From contig OZ287751.1 of the NCBI GenBank assembly GCA_965649765.1, positions 62,310,001 to 62,374,000 on the forward strand: a stretch of 64,000 bases of DNA. Reading direction: 5' to 3'. How positions within the stretch are numbered: position 1 is the first letter of the stretch; each line of letters starts with the position of its first letter. The notes below the pieces were generated by a model, which worked only from the letters and a program-made list of their open reading frames with translations, was not told where the DNA came from and searched no databases. Below, piece after piece: positions 12,614 through 27,800 of this stretch. This DNA is from Bispira polyomma (lineage: Eukaryota). Position numbers and translations under genes: made by a program.

Positions 12614-13291
12614 AAGCACGTGAGAGATGTATTTTTCAGCTTTTTTTTGCTGTACCAAGGTCACAACTTATATCAGAGTGAATTATGAGTTTTTATTGTG
12701 TTCTAGTGGGTGGTGTATGTACATAATGGGAACTTGTTTTTTGTGTTTTGTTCACTACATTCTGTTAAAATGTAAAGTCAGAATGCTATTAAATAATGGC
12801 AAATAACTCTACTACACAGTATTTAGTGTCTCAAAAAGGTATTGATGATATTGTAACAATCAACTGATCTAAGTACTTTGATAAATTACAATAAATATGC
12901 TTGCATTTGGTCCCAATGAGGGTTGATTAATACTTTAACAAAATATGTTTTAACTGCATTTTTCCTGGCATATATTGAAATATTTATGAAACATAGGTTA
13001 TTTATATCCTTAATGAATTTAGTAATAGATGTATTAACATAGGAAAAAATAAGAATTGGTCCTTCGCAGTTGGTATATTATCAATTATATTAATACACTA
13101 TGTTTTTGTTATATTGTTTATCATATGTCTTTTGCTTCAATTTTTTTGCAAAAGTTAAACCTTTACATTGCAAGTACAGTCAGAAGTGTGAGGTATACCT
13201 CAAAACAATACCCACAAGTTTTAATCTTTGCTTTTGGAAAAAAGGCATATAAATGATATAGTTTTATCAGCCTGCAGGAACATTGTAGAAA

Positions 13292-16200
13292 ATGTCAGAA
13301 TTAAATAACAGTATTAAGGTGTTTTTCTGCGAATTGTCAAGGTTTGGGAACACTTAAAAAGCGAATTTATGTTTTGACCCATTGGAAAGAAACTGGTGCC
13401 TCTATTGTATGTGTACAGGACACACACCTAACTGAAAAAGATGTTCAATCCGTTAAAAAAATTTGGTATGATTGCTACTTACATGGACAAAAGACTAATT
13501 CGAGTAGAGTTGCCATACTTCTAAATAATAACTTTGCATATAAAGTAACTGAATTTAACAAAGATGGTGAAGGTAACTACATAAAACTCCTTATATCCTG
13601 TAATGACATCTATATAAATTTAATTACCCTGTGTATGGGCAAAATCAGGACAACCCTACCTTTTCAGTAAAATAAATGAATTGACCAACACTGATAACAG
13701 TGATTATGTCATCATATGTGGTAATTTCAATCTAGTCTTAGATCCATCAGAAGACTGTCATAACTATTTAAATATTAACAACCCTAAAGCTAGGTTAAAA
13801 GTATTTGACATCATGATTGAATTATGTTTAACAGATATATATCGTTACTGTAATCCAGATAGGAAACAGTTCTCTTGGAAGAGAAAAAAACCCTTTAAAA
13901 CAAGCTAGGTTAGATTTTTTTTGATAACCGTTTCAATAACAGATATTGTTAAGAGTTGTAGTATAAAACCTAGCTATAGATCAGATCATTCAATAATAGA
14001 GTTGCAAATTTGCCTGAATAAATTTAAATGTGGTAAGGGTACTTGGAAATTTTACAATAGCTAACTTCAAAATATAGACTATGTTAACCTCATTTATGCA
14101 ATAATTAATGAAGAAAAAGTAAAATATGCTTTACCAATCTACTCTCCTGAATTTGTAAAGATTAATGATGATTTTCAATTTACAGCGGATATCGATCTTT
14201 TCTTAGAACTCCTGTTTTTAAGGATAAGAGGTGAAACTATTAAGTTTGCAACACATTTAAAGAAAAAACAGTGTGATAATGAAGCCAGATATATTCAAGA
14301 TATAAATGATTTGGAAAAAATAGATTACCACTTAAGTGATACAAAAATTTTAGAAGATAAGAAAATTGAATTAGAACATATACGTAAACGTAAACTAAAA
14401 GGTCATATGACGAGGGCAAGAATTCAGTGGTTAAGTGAGAAAAACCTAGTTCCTTTTTTTGCAAGTTAGAAAATAGATAATTTGTTGATAAAACAATAAA
14501 GAGGCTAGAACTCTCTGATGGTACAATTGTGAATGAGCAGGATAAAATTTTAGAGAAAGTCAGAAAGTATTAGAGACAACCTTTTTGAAAGCAAGGATAA
14601 CATAATAAATGACATTAATATTCTAAATCATATAGACATCCTAAAAATTAGAAAATTTCCAAATCTCCAATTTGGAAGTGATATTACTATTTAGAACTTG
14701 GCGAAGCACTCAAAAACATGAAAAATAATAAGACCCCTGGCTTGATGGTATACCAGCCAATTTTTTGAAAGTCTTTTGGGGAAAGGTCAAATTTTTTATC
14801 AGGAACGCTATTCATTTTTGCTATCATAAAGGTCAACTTCAATTAGACAAACTGTTATGACATGTTTGCCTGAGAAAAATAAGGATAGAAAATTTATCAA
14901 TAACTCCCATCCTATTTTGCTACTTTCTGTTGTATCTATGTTGGCATCAGCTGCAATAGCCAACAGGCTGAAGCCATATTTGGAAACAGTCATCTCTAAA
15001 ACTCAATCTGGATTCATTAGTGGTAGAAATATTTGGAAAAACACTTGAATTATATATGATCTGATGAGTTATACAGAGAAATACAAAATTCCTGATCTTA
15101 TAATGCTTATTGATTTTGAAAAAGCTTTTGATTCTGTTTCATGGAAATTTCTGTAACAAGTACTAAATATCTTTGGATTAGATGAATCTTTTATCAATTG
15201 AATAAAGCTTTTCAACAATAATATAAATAAGAGTTTCAAGTGACTTTCAATGTGGAGGCCATGAGTTTAAGTTATCAGGTCTGGACTTTTCCACAAATCT
15301 CTACAGTATTCAATCCATAAATTTTGACAAAGCTATGAAGAAGGCTAAACTGACACTCCAATCGTGGAAATATAGGACATTGACACCCATTGGAAAAATA
15401 ACAGTGATAAAAACCTTAGTTCTACCAATTTTCAACCATTTATTTTTATCAATCCTACACCAAGTAATATCCTTCAAGATATAAGCACTATGTTTTTTAA
15501 CTATTTTTTGGATGGAAAACCTGACAAAATAAGTAGGAAAACTGTTTGTAAAAATCACTAATTACTAATAATAAATGTACAGAACTTTAAGAAATTGTTT
15601 CTCTTACTGGATAAAAATAAGTAGATTTAAGAAGGTTACCTCAAACATAGACATTTTAACCAGTAGTATTTGGTTTAACAAACAATTGTCAAGCAGTACA
15701 TTATTTTACAAAAGTTGGCCAAAAAATGGTATTAATACAGTTGGTGATGTTGTGGATTCAGAAGGACTATTTGTTAGTTTAGAAGATCTGAAAAAATATC
15801 ATTTTAACAGTAATTTCCTACATTATTTTACAGTTAGAAAGTTGGTTACATCCTTTATTAATATTTATAAAAAAGAAAATGATTTTCTAATACTGAGACC
15901 ATGTATACCATTCCAGATAAAATTACTAGTAGGCAGTAATAAAAGTACAAAAGATCACAATCACTTAGTAAATTCAATGATACTCCTTTAAAGAATGAAA
16001 CAAATTGGAATTTGGAAATGAAAGACAAATTAGATACAGTCAAATGAAAAAGATTGTACATTCCATGCTTTTTTTGCAGTTAGGGACAATAGTTTTATAT
16101 GGTCTTAATATAGGATTCTTCACAGAATAATGGGTGTAAACCATAACTTGTTTATAACTAAAATATCAAAATATGATTTTATGTAGATTATGTCAACAAT

Positions 16201-16765
16201 ATAGTGAAACCTTCCTTCATATATTTTCTGAATGTTCTAAAGTAATAGATCTATGGCATAATGTTAAATGCTGGATAAAATAAAAATGACATCTGAATTG
16301 AACCAAACATCACTTGCTCTGGGATATACATGTCAAATGAAATGAAATTTTATCTTGATAATAACTAAACATTACATATTTACATGTGCCTGTAGAAATA
16401 AGGAGCTGAATATTTATTGGCTACAAAAATTAATTAAACAAAAATATCTTGAGGAAGAAATGTTATCAAAATTACACTTCAACGGAAAATTTGATAAAAT
16501 ATGGGTTTAATGGAAGGTCATCTTTTCGGATATTGAATGCGTTTGAATTTGAAAATTTTTGTATTTCATAGTATAACTATATGACAGAATCACCGGGTAT
16601 ATATAGTAATTAATAGTAGTAGGGTATGGGTATATCAGATATATGTAAAAGAGTGACGTTATACAATGCTGTACATGTTAATGTGAATTTATAAAATACA
16701 ATTATGTACTTGTCAATGTGAAATTGTAAATAAAGATAACTTGCAAACAACAACAAAAAAAAAGT
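13292..16765 (+). mobile_element. L1/Tx1-like LINE, decayed ORF2 (APE and RT with an internal deletion) and 3' UTR
   Basis: MSELNNSIKVF..NCQGLG, CVQDTH, ICGNFNLVLD, ARLDFFL, YRSDHS, TQSGFISGRNI, IDFEKAFDSVSW; A-rich tail near 16750. Confidence 0.9.
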
Positions 16766-18054
16766 TGTACCTTTTATAATGAACAATAAGTTTTTCAATT
16801 TTATTTATTATTTCATTAAAGTTTTCGTTTATCATTTCCCTGACATTCCAGTTTATTCTTATTCCCAACAATTTAAAATTTCTTGTTCATGTTAAATTTA
16901 GATCACTACATATGGCAGTTTTATTTTGACCACTACCCAGCCAGGTACATTGTGTTTTTTTTCAGTCCAGAAGAGTAAAACAATTCTTCAAAGATAACTT
17001 TAGCTTCACGAAAGAAACCTCACACCCATCAAGCAATAAAAAAATATTGTCAATAAAATAGCAAATAGCAACAAATAGCTTCAATAGATAAAATAAAAAA
17101 ATACAGGCTTAGAGGATCCCCTTGTCGACAACCCACAAATTGAGTTTATCTACCAAAACAAAGTTTAAGCTTCACATTTTATGTTAACCATATCTTTCCT
17201 CAACTTTCTGCCTCAATACTACATTAAAATGTGATTAAAAACCTTGTTATACTGCTAAATAGTACAGTTTTCATATATATTTCTACGGGAGCCATGTAAT
17301 AAGGCTCATTGTATTACCCAGCCCACATCAACCACGTCATATTTACGTCACAGTGGATAGTAAAGCTAGAAATAAGGGAGACATTTTTCTGTTTTGGGGA
17401 TCGTCCGATTTGATTAAAGGGTTCATTACCACCCATTTCTGCTTCTTCAGTTTGTGTTTTTGTGAATGAAATTAGTGTACAGAGTAAGGACATGTGATAT
17501 TGCGTAACATCCGCTCAATATCCTCTGGCTAATTTATTCTCACAAAGACGCAAAATAAGTCAAGACATCAATTTTATAGCAAAGGCAGATCTCTTCCGTT
17601 TCTGTTTCCGAAAGTCAACAAAGTTACCAGTAAAGTTACAATTTTAAGATTTAAGACTATTAAGAGTAATTAATACACTTTCTGAAACTTTTTATTTTTT
17701 AAAATTAAATTCCGTCTTATACTCACTGAGATGTATACATTTTAAAATATTGTTTCATAATATACAAAATGGTGTCTCTTAAAGCTTTTTCTACCTGGTT
17801 TACTTTGAACACACTGCGCATGATTGGAAGATCACGTGTCCTTACTCCATACTCCAATTTCATTCACAAACATTTATTGAATGAATCAGCTGTTATAGAA
17901 ACACTACTGCGCACCCTTGCTGCGCATTGCTTTTTCTGGCCTGTTTTTGATAGTATAAAAACTATTCATCAGTTTAAGGTGAAGGTCATAAGAGTAGATA
18001 TGTATACGTGGCTGTGTGTACAGTGTGCTCAGGTTTTATGTGCAAAAAATATGT

Positions 18055-18383
18055 AATATTTTCATGAAAATCAAATATTAAACATATAAAGCATTCTTTA
18101 TTAAATTTTCATCATTTTAGTTTCTATCTTCTATTTCCAATACTCCCATATTTATTCATATTTTATAATGTGATCTATCATTTTGAACGGAAAAGCAAAA
18201 ACATTTAATTTAAAACATTAAATTTAAAACATTCAAATATTTTCATGAAAATTAAATATTAAACATATAAAGCATTCTTTATTAAATTCTCAGCATTTTT
18301 GTTTCTATTTTCTATTTCCAATACTCCCATATTTATCCATATTTTATAATGTGATCTATCATTTTGAATGGAAAAGCAAAAAC
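18055..18383. repeat. Tandem duplication of about 148 bp, period 181 bp
   Basis: aatattttcatgaaaat.aaatattaaacatataaagcattc...ggaaaagcaaaaac at 18055 and 18236. Confidence 0.92.
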
Positions 18384-19344
18384 GCAGGCCTACAAAGGTA
18401 GACAATAGAATTACGTTACTGCACAAATGCAGGAATTAGTGTCGCGAAAATATCCTGGTATATGGTGGTAGGATAATACTTTACTGCAATAAATAGTTCT
18501 ATGCTCATCAATATTAAACCTTAAATTTTCATTTTTATATCCCAGAAAGCTATTATTTTAGGCTTTTTGACAGCCCAGTTTCCAATCAAATGGATATTAG
18601 TTGAACTTAGTGAAGAAATTGTTGTAAAAATCTTTAAAGTTTAGAGATGAATAGGCATCAATCAAATTATGATGTTGCTCTTATTACTTTAGCTAAAATT
18701 TGTATTTTTAAAACTAAGATTTATATATCATGAAAGAGCAATTAATACACTTTCTGACCCTTTTCTACAGAATAAAATTTTATTCAATATTGACTGAGAT
18801 AGTAGTCTTTATATTAAAAAAAATCCATATCCACCCTTCAGCCTGGACTTTCACCATGAAATGTATTTGTCAAGGCCCACGTCCATTTAAAGTATATTAT
18901 TCCATAGTTTGGTCTAATGGTGGTGACAAATAATCCAACCAATGGACACCTGTCATAAGTTATTGATAATATAACTATTTACCAGAGGACAAAGTGTTTG
19001 TAGATGTGGATTTTAATAATCTGTTTCCTGGCATGTACTGTTTGTATATTGAATTCAGTTTTGGCAAGATTTAAAATTTGGGTGAACTTGTGTTTTATGG
19101 AATCCCCAGGAAACCCAAGAACCATTGTTGAAACGATGCTATGTTGTCATAGACTTAAACATGTTGAAATATATATATAGACATAAATATGTTGATATAT
19201 ATATATATATATATAGACTTAAATATGTAAATATACATATTTTTTTTATGTATATATATTGCTTCCATCAGTAAGCATGCTTTACTTTATTTTTGCTTCC
19301 AAATGCGAAATACTGAGTATGTAATGACTTTTATGTAAATCTAG

Positions 19345-19477
19345 TTTGCTGAGGCTATTGGGCTGACAAGAAAACCATTTCACCTGGCTGGTTTTTCAAT
19401 GGGTGGAGTTATCGCAATCTTATATGCAGCTTACTACCCAGATGACCTTGACAAGGTGACCCTGATGTGTCCAACAA
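19345..19477 (+). CDS. ABHD6: ABHD6-like copy 1 exon with catalytic Ser (GFSMGG)
   Basis: atctag|FAEAIGLTRKPFHLAGFSMGGVIAILYAAYYPDDLDKVTLMCPT+a|gtaagt; 133 nt, phase 0-1; absent from the ORF track. Confidence 0.93.
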
Positions 19478-19479
19478 GT

Positions 19480-19755
19480 AAGTGTGTTTGTAGTCTTGAC
19501 CTACAACAGTATTAAGTAACCTTAGCCTTAAAGTGCACAACTAAGTATTTGTAACCTTGACCCTTTTGTAACCTATGTCAACAGTTAGTACGTATTTAAA
19601 ACCTTGACTTCAATAGTTAAGTTGGTATTTGTAACATTAACCTTCATGTGTGCAGCTAGTAAGTGTTTGTAACCTTAACCATAATGTGTGCAGCCAGTAT
19701 TTGCAAAATGACCTTTACACACATATTTGGTGAGTGGTTTTACCTTGATGTATAT
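19480..19755. repeat. Degenerate short repeats of gtatttgtaaccttgac type
   Basis: About 8 variants of (a)agt.tttgtaacctt(g/a)ac at irregular spacing. Confidence 0.6.
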
Positions 19756-20124
19756 GTGGAGTATTATTATTAAACAACTGAAACTATAGTTGTAAGTAGA
19801 GGAATCAATAAATGGTTGGGTGTTTGTTACTGTAACCAGCCATTTTATCCCAAAAAATATTACACACAAAGGTTAACAGATCACCACTTGGCAAATACTA
19901 AAAAGTAAACAGCTTAAATGTATGACACATAATTTGCAGACCTAAAGATTAGGGGAAAAATTAGTTCCTAGTTGATGAAATTCTCAAAATAATTTAATCA
20001 TGTATATAATAGAAGTAAATCCATTAGTTAGTGTCATGAACTTGGTGTATTCTTGCAATGGTTTTACAGTTCACTATCTCCATACTTATTAATTAACTGG
20101 TAAGCTCTCATTTTGTGGTTATAG

Positions 20125-20258
20125 TGCACACACCAAAAGAAACCAACTACCAAAAGGAACATATTCAAAGTGACCGTTATTTTCTGCCTGAAACCATTGA
20201 GGATTACCAGACACTGACGAACAGGATGTTTTACACGAACCTCAACCTGCACAGGACT
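20125..20258 (+). CDS. ABHD6: ABHD6-like copy 1 exon (cap domain)
   Basis: ttatag|(M)HTPKETNYQKEHIQSDRYFLPETIEDYQTLTNRMFYTNLNLHRT|gtaagt; 134 nt, phase 1-0, compatible with both neighbours. Confidence 0.85.
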
Positions 20259-23200
20259 GTAAGTGGTTTAAAAATCTGTGCCTCTTGAAAAGTAATCTTA
20301 ACAGTAATCATAAACAGAATATATTAGCAGTTTTATTCATTACCCCTGGGAATGGGATGCATAAATTTGACCTTAATCAAGGTAACATGATCAAAAAATA
20401 TTTTTTTTACCATGTCGGTTCTTGGTAAATATATATTTAGATAAGGGTTAAAACAAGAATATTTGACTGTAAATTTTAAACACGCAAGACTTCATACCCA
20501 TAAAATACATAATATACAAGGACTAGCGGTACAGAAATAAGATTGAAGCACACAAATTCAAATAACAGAGTAATTTGTATACATTACACCATGGTCTAGC
20601 CGTATTACTTTAATCATGCATATACAGTGCTTTATAACATGATATATTTCAACAATACCCATCACGTTGAAGTGAATGTGAAATAGTCAAGTTAATATTT
20701 TCATTTAAGAAAAAAAAAAAATAAAACAAAACTACTAAATGCTCATATCGGCTATTTTGTAACCGTAATCAGTCAATGGAAATGAAACTCACATTTGCAA
20801 GGTAATTAACATGACAAACACAATCAAAAACATTGTACTCAGTTCTCATTTAAAAATATAGTAACTAACATCTTATCAAGTTAAATTTGTAGAACTATAG
20901 CATCCTTCTAAATGCTCATGTCAGGCATCTTGTAGCCCTAATCAGTCAATAAATCTTGTCAATTATAAACTGACAGAAAAACCTTGCTAAAAATTTCTGT
21001 GTCAGCCATCTTCTAACCATAAAGAAAATAACAAGGGAATGCTTTTTATTCAGTAAAGCTAAATTTTTTACAAGAAATCGAAATTTACAATGTGCTTAAA
21101 TTTATCAGCTGAATTGATTATGCCGATGTCTTATTTAAAAGCAACACCTGACACACTAGCAGTCAATATTTGAACTTAATATATATAGCTGTGGTCAAGG
21201 GGAGGTGGTGGGCAAATTTCCGTTGTGTTGACTGGTCTACTGCCAATTTCAATGCAAAAAATTATAATACAGGTCAATGAATCCAGTGTGTGGGATGGAT
21301 GGATAGACAGCATGAAGTGTTAGTCAATACTGCCACTGGGGATTAAGGTGTATTACAATGTTTAGGGGAACTGAAGCATCAGACCTCTTTTGGGGTCATG
21401 ATGTACACAGTTCTCCCAGAAATAAAATTGATAAAGGTCAAAGTGAATGTCAAATGAATTTTGGCGATAATTGTAAATATACTATGTTTAAAGATTTTTT
21501 TTTGTACATGTCATTTCTTGGTAAATATATATATTTTTGGGTTAAAACAAGAATAATAAAATTTTTAGGGTAAATTTTAAACATCCAAGCCAAACTTAAA
21601 GTGAGGAGGGATAGAGGATGTAAAGGTGAGTGGGACAATAGATGCAGCCTTGGATGTTTTATGCTAATATGTCCATACTGCTGATGACCTCCACAACCCA
21701 TAAGCCTTGATATTTTGTGAAGATACATTATTGATAAAAGCATAAGTAGCCTCTGATCTCCTGTATGGAATGTATATGATTTGTGAGGAATGTCTATGTG
21801 TGATAGCACTGCTGTAAGAGCAGAGTGTACATCAGTTTCAATTACTGTGTGGTAAGGTAGCACAGAGGTTACAAATAGAGATGACAGTGGTGATATGTGT
21901 CTAGAATCCAGTAGTTGCTGTATTGCCTTAACAGGGCAAAGATAATTGTTTAGTAGCTTAGGAATTTGAATAATATGCAAATCTGATCTATTCTGTAGGT
22001 TCTTTACCCATTTAGGAATAATGTGAGCTCCTGGTGGGAAAATATGAGGTCTTTTCTAAGGAAATGACAGGAAAGGTCAAATTTAATCTCTTTCGTGTGG
22101 GGCTATGTTGGATATACATAGGAATCCGAAAAATGCTAAGAGGGACATTATGCTAACATTGATCCTGAAGGATAATCTTTAGATATGATGTTAAGATGCT
22201 CGATGTCAAAAATTCTTTTGGGACTTGGCCTAAAAGTGAAAGTATGGTACAAACTTCTGATAAACATAGAAATTGTGTTATTCTCAAATACGCCTATCTT
22301 CCAATAAAGGTTTTTGGCTACAAATTTGATTGCAGCCATGTAATTTTTGATAAACTTAGGTGAAGAGCTATTCTGAACTAGAGATTCTAGAAAAGCTATC
22401 CCCGAATGTGTTACAATTTGCTGTACACTAGCATAACAATTAAAGGCAAAAACTGTCTTGAATTGATTGTTGTAGGTAGCAGTAGTACGAAGACGAAAAG
22501 CTGAGTTGACCCTCTCCCACACTGAATATTTAAATGCATGTGTGATGCTGGTGGTACCTAAAATTAAAAGGCAGTGTCCAAGTTAAAATATTGTATAGGT
22601 ACTTGGTGCCATATGAAATTTTCCTTAACTTTGTTTTAAAGAACATTTGTTGGTGGGTGATTATAGTATAACCGAAAGAGTGTCCGCAATGACATTTTCC
22701 TTACCCCTGACATGAACTATTTTTATGGTTATGTCATATGCTGCTGTTAGCAGCCATATGTTACTTCAACAAAAAGCCTGGAAGTTATCCCTGTTTTTAT
22801 TAGAACCAACTGCCACAGTTTATCACTATTTCCTTATGTGCCCACTGCGCATACCATACTCTAAGTGCTATCAGAATATTTAACTTTTCGATATAAACAA
22901 TCATCAGTTCTTCATATACATTGTATAATGGGGAGGCTTAAACCTGGTTACTGTATACTCCTCCGAAGCGTGTGAGGCATGCATCGATGAAAACTTCATC
23001 TTCCTGTGAAGTATCTTCCGGATTGATGTATGTAATAGATACCATTGTAAAGAGGTAAACATTTTATGAACCAACTGAGGTCTGCTTTGATTTCAATCGT
23101 GATCTTAAATTGCTCAGCCTGAGCTTGTCCTCAAAATTCAGATAATAATCTGTTGATAAATGCTCTGGCTGGTGTTACACTTGTATATAAAGTAGTTTTC

Positions 23201-24388
23201 CTAATATGGATTGAAATTTTCAGCGTGCAATCCATTTATAATATACGTCGATGCAACAATCATATACTTCACTAAATTTTTCTGCTGTAAATCTCATAGT
23301 CCCCTCCTCCACATCGATTTCAATGCCTAGACATGTAACCTTGGTATCCGGTGGGAACAGCTTGTCCGGATTTATGGAAAGTCCAAGGGATAACATAATT
23401 TTAAACAGTTTTTCGAATGCTTCATACACTACGGTAGCTGTGAATATCCTTATATATTCATTGATATAGCAACAACCAGTGTGATCTCTTTTACCCATCA
23501 TGTGTGCTATTACGTCAAATCACCGCTGAAATGCGGCTGAACCATGGACCTTGTCAAATGCGACTGCAGGATCAACATATTTTTTATCCCAAACATATGC
23601 CAAATTTCATGGCGTTGACAGGGTCCACTCTTAAATTCCTAAAAGCTCTAAAAAACGTCAATTTTAAAAACCCTTGCATCAGGAGTGTTTCTGAGTATTT
23701 TTTCTACTATGTCGTCCACTATTGAAAATTTCAATATGAAATCAATTCCATCGAATCGCCATCTGTTTACATTATTATTGACTAAATTACCCTTTTGGGT
23801 GAGTCAAGTTTAATACAACATGGATGATGTGGGGAACAGTGAATTACGTCACTATTGACTTCTTTACCTGTGCCTAACATGGCACTTTGTCATATTTCTT
23901 TCTCAGGATATGGTCCTACAGCGGTCTGCTACTGGAGAGCAGAATGGTGGTTGGTGGTTTTTACCACTGTGAGACTATCAGGGTTGTTTAATAAAAAGCG
24001 GAAACCAAATTTGAGATATTGTAATAATAGTTTGTCAGGATAATCTCTGAGAAATTTCTCCCACTTAATAATTCTTAAACCACAGACTAAAGGTAACTGT
24101 GCCCCTCTTAACGAAGTGATATGTATGGGGTCCACAAAATCCAAAATTTTTGTTTGAAAGAGCAAGAAATCGCTTAACATTGTCAGGTAAATAATTATCC
24201 TTAACCTTAGACATTGCCTTATTTGCAGTCACTGCATCAATTTCAGAGAAGTGATCTGAAAAGTTGACAGATGTGATACTTTATTTTCATAGCATTTTCC
24301 GGTTTGTTTAGTGAATATGGGTACTTTATGACAATATACATTGTCTCCAGAATTCATACCAATTTGGTTACTAGATATGGGTACATTA

Positions 24389-24622
24389 TTAACGTCCACT
24401 CTAGTACCTGTTTAGGTTTTATTGGGACGGGTAGTTGGAAACGCTGGCGGAAACACTGCATACAGTCGGTCAAGGTTCTGCACTAAAACCAGTGGCCCAC
24501 AGTAAAGAACTACCACCTTTCCCATATAGGCATCGACGGGATTCAAACTCACGCCGCCCAGAGGTGAGAGACCAGTGACTGTGAAGCACAATGCTTGCTA
24601 ACCACTAGGCCACTGCCGCCCC
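24389..24622 (-). mobile_element. tRNA-derived SINE, family A
   Basis: Reverse complement matches 3956-4203; the 3' tail is missing and no clear TSD. Confidence 0.92.
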
Positions 24623-24819
24623 GACAGTTATTATTAACGTTATTAACATAATATGTATTATTTCTACTATCAAACTTGGATACATTAGCATGGTTAGTCG
24701 AACACTTACTGTGCACCTTATGATTGGTACTTTTGTTAACTCGCCAGTTATAAAATTCCCTTGTTGAGTGGGATCGGTGACAGTATCCCTGTTTTCATAA
24801 CCATAAAATAAATTATTCA

Positions 24820-27800
24820 TTTTTTTTATTGTTTTATTGGACAATTAACATTACAAATAGAGTTACACAAAACAATAAGACAATGTACAATACATCAATA
24901 TGCAATTACATGTTTCATACAAATAGTCACCATTTCTATATTACTAACTTTCACTAATAGCTACATTAATTTTTTCAAAATTACAAATACAGTACCACAA
25001 AACCATTAGACAATGTACAATACAATAATATAAAATTACAAATTACATACAAAAACTGCCTATCTCTATCTTACTTCACAAATAGATACATCACTATTTT
25101 TTAATATAAAGGTACAATCAAATAATTTTGTTAAGCAGCATTATTAGCATTCATTTCAGTAACAGATTATTTAAAATTTGTTCAAGATATGTCCATAACA
25201 TTTAAATTTATCTAGATCACCCCGTAAATTATAGAGGTCGCAGAAAAGTTCAACCTTACTCTTAATAATTAGCAAATATTCAGAAAAAAAAGATTATTTT
25301 GTTTGTTTTCTTTTTTCTTTGTTTATAATCCCTTTTCCAACTAACAGTAAATAGTTAATTAATAGTAATTTATCATCTTGAGAAAATAAATGATGTTCTA
25401 AAGTATCTACAGTCTCAGTCTCACAGTACTCACAAAAAAGATTTTCCATTTGAACATATTATACCTACAATTTAGAGTTCTATTAAGGATTTTATACTGT
25501 AAAGTTTGAAGATATGGTTCTGATGTAGTAATATAAACTAACTTAAAAATAGATTTCCTATCCAGTGCTTCCATAAATGGATAAAAGTCAATCCAAGTTT
25601 CAAGAGAAGTTGGTGGCTCACATTTACTGTAAACAATATCCCAGTACAAATGGTTGTTTTTTATATTTTCTATTGGTTTTATAAAGTTATTAATACACCA
25701 TGATATTTTAAAGTTACTTTTCATTTGATCTAAAGTATTAAGAAATTTCAGTTTAGACCACCATTTAGTTGGAACTGCCTTAATGATTCCATAATACTGT
25801 AATACAAATATTTTGGCAATAGTTTTAACACAAAATTTTCATATTTTAAGATGTTTCCATTAAGGTTAATTGAGACAATTAACTTAATATAAAAAGATCG
25901 TAATTGTTATTCACCATAGTCAGTTCAATACAAGACTTATTTATGAGAATGTATTTATTATAAATAAGATATCCATTTAAAATATCATGAATAGTATATG
26001 GCTTGTTTGTCTTTATTGAAAACCATGAGTTCAAAAGTTGTTGGTAAAATTTTGTCTTTGCTAGTTGATATTTTCCAGTCGATAACTTAAAGTCAAAGAC
26101 ATCTTTACCTAACCCTATCAGTGACCAAGACAATACTTTCCATCTTTTATTAGTTGCATTAAATAAATGTTTTATCCATGAAATTTTCTGAGTGGTATGA
26201 ATACTATATATATCTGGCATCTTTAAACCACCATTTTTCCAAATTGTACTTCGCATAACTCTTGGAGGTTTCCTTCTCCACAAAAAATGAAAAATTAATC
26301 TGTTTATGTTATCAAGCACATCAGATGGTGTATAGATACTGCTAAATAAATGCAAAAATTTAGGTATAATTAGTGATTTAATTATAGTAATTTACAAGAC
26401 TACAAGACTTATTTATAAGAATGTATTTATTATAAAAAATATATCCATTTAAAATATCATGAATAGTATATGGCTTGTTTGTCTTTATTGAAAACCATGA
26501 GTTCAAAAGTTGTTGGTAAAATTTTGTCTTTGCTAGTTGATATTTTCCAGTCGATAACTTAAAGTCAAAGACATCTTTACCTAACCCTATCAGTGACCAA
26601 GACAATACTTTCCATCTTTTATTAGTTGCATTAAATAAATTTTTTATCCATGAAATTTTCTGAGTGGTATGAATACTATATATATCTGGCATCTTTAAAC
26701 CACCATTTTTCCAAATTGTACTTCGCATAACTCTTGGAGGTTTCCTTCTCCACAACAAATGAAAAATTAATCTGTTTATGTTATCAAGCACATCAAATGG
26801 TGTATAGATACTGCTAAATAAATGCAAAAATTTAGGTATAATTAGTGATTTAATTATAGTAATTTTTCTTTTCCATGAAAGGATCCTTGAATTCTAAATG
26901 TAGAGAGACTTTTCAACTGCTTTTAGTCGTTCTGTAACATTTAAATCTATACTGCAATTTGAATTAAGTGAAAACCTGACACCAAAAGTTTTGAAGTATG
27001 TTGTTTGTATCTTAATAATTTTTAAGATTTTTGGTAAATGGTTTGTTATCAAGTGCAATGTTCCCAGAGGTATAATTTCCGTTTTTCCACGTTCAACTTC
27101 AAGCCGGAGTATTCTCCAAATTCATTAAACAATTGTATTTCTTGTACTAAAGATGTTATGTCCTTAAAAAGGGTTGTGTCATCAGCTAAATGAATAATTT
27201 TGAATTATTCCTCACTAATAGTAATTCCTTTAATTGTATCTTCTGATCTGATACAATGGCTATAGTTTCTGCAACTAAAATGAACAATAAGGCAGATATC
27301 GAGCCCGGTCTTATCCTCCTATTCAATGAAAAGTATTCGGACAGATATCTATTGTTTGAGACACATGAAAAAATATTACTGTACAAAACCAAAAGCTTTT
27401 AAGGTTTAAATAAAAAGAGTCATTCTACAGTGTCAAATGCTTTTTCAAAGTCTATGATAGTTAGGATCCCTGTTTATTTTTTTAGAGATGGAAAATATAT
27501 CATATCATCTATTATTCTGATGTTTTCTCCTATAAACCTTCCCTTACCCGACTTGGTCCGGGTTTACTAAACTAGAGAGAACTTTTTTTAGCTTCATAGC
27601 TAATGCTTTAGCTAATATCTTGTAATCTGTAGCTAACAAGCTTACAGGTCTCCAAGATTTTAAATATTGAGTAAACCACGCCTTTGACTATCTGATAATT
27701 GACCATTCAAGAAAGAATACAAATAACTATCCAAGAGAGGTTTTTGTAGATCTGAACAAAAATATTTGTAAATTAGTTGTGAACCTGTCTGGCCCTAGGG

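Noticed and set aside
17290-18850. Possible non-autonomous DNA transposon or Helitron with internal direct repeats (17650 and 18720)
   Set aside because: No termini or TSD could be identified by eye
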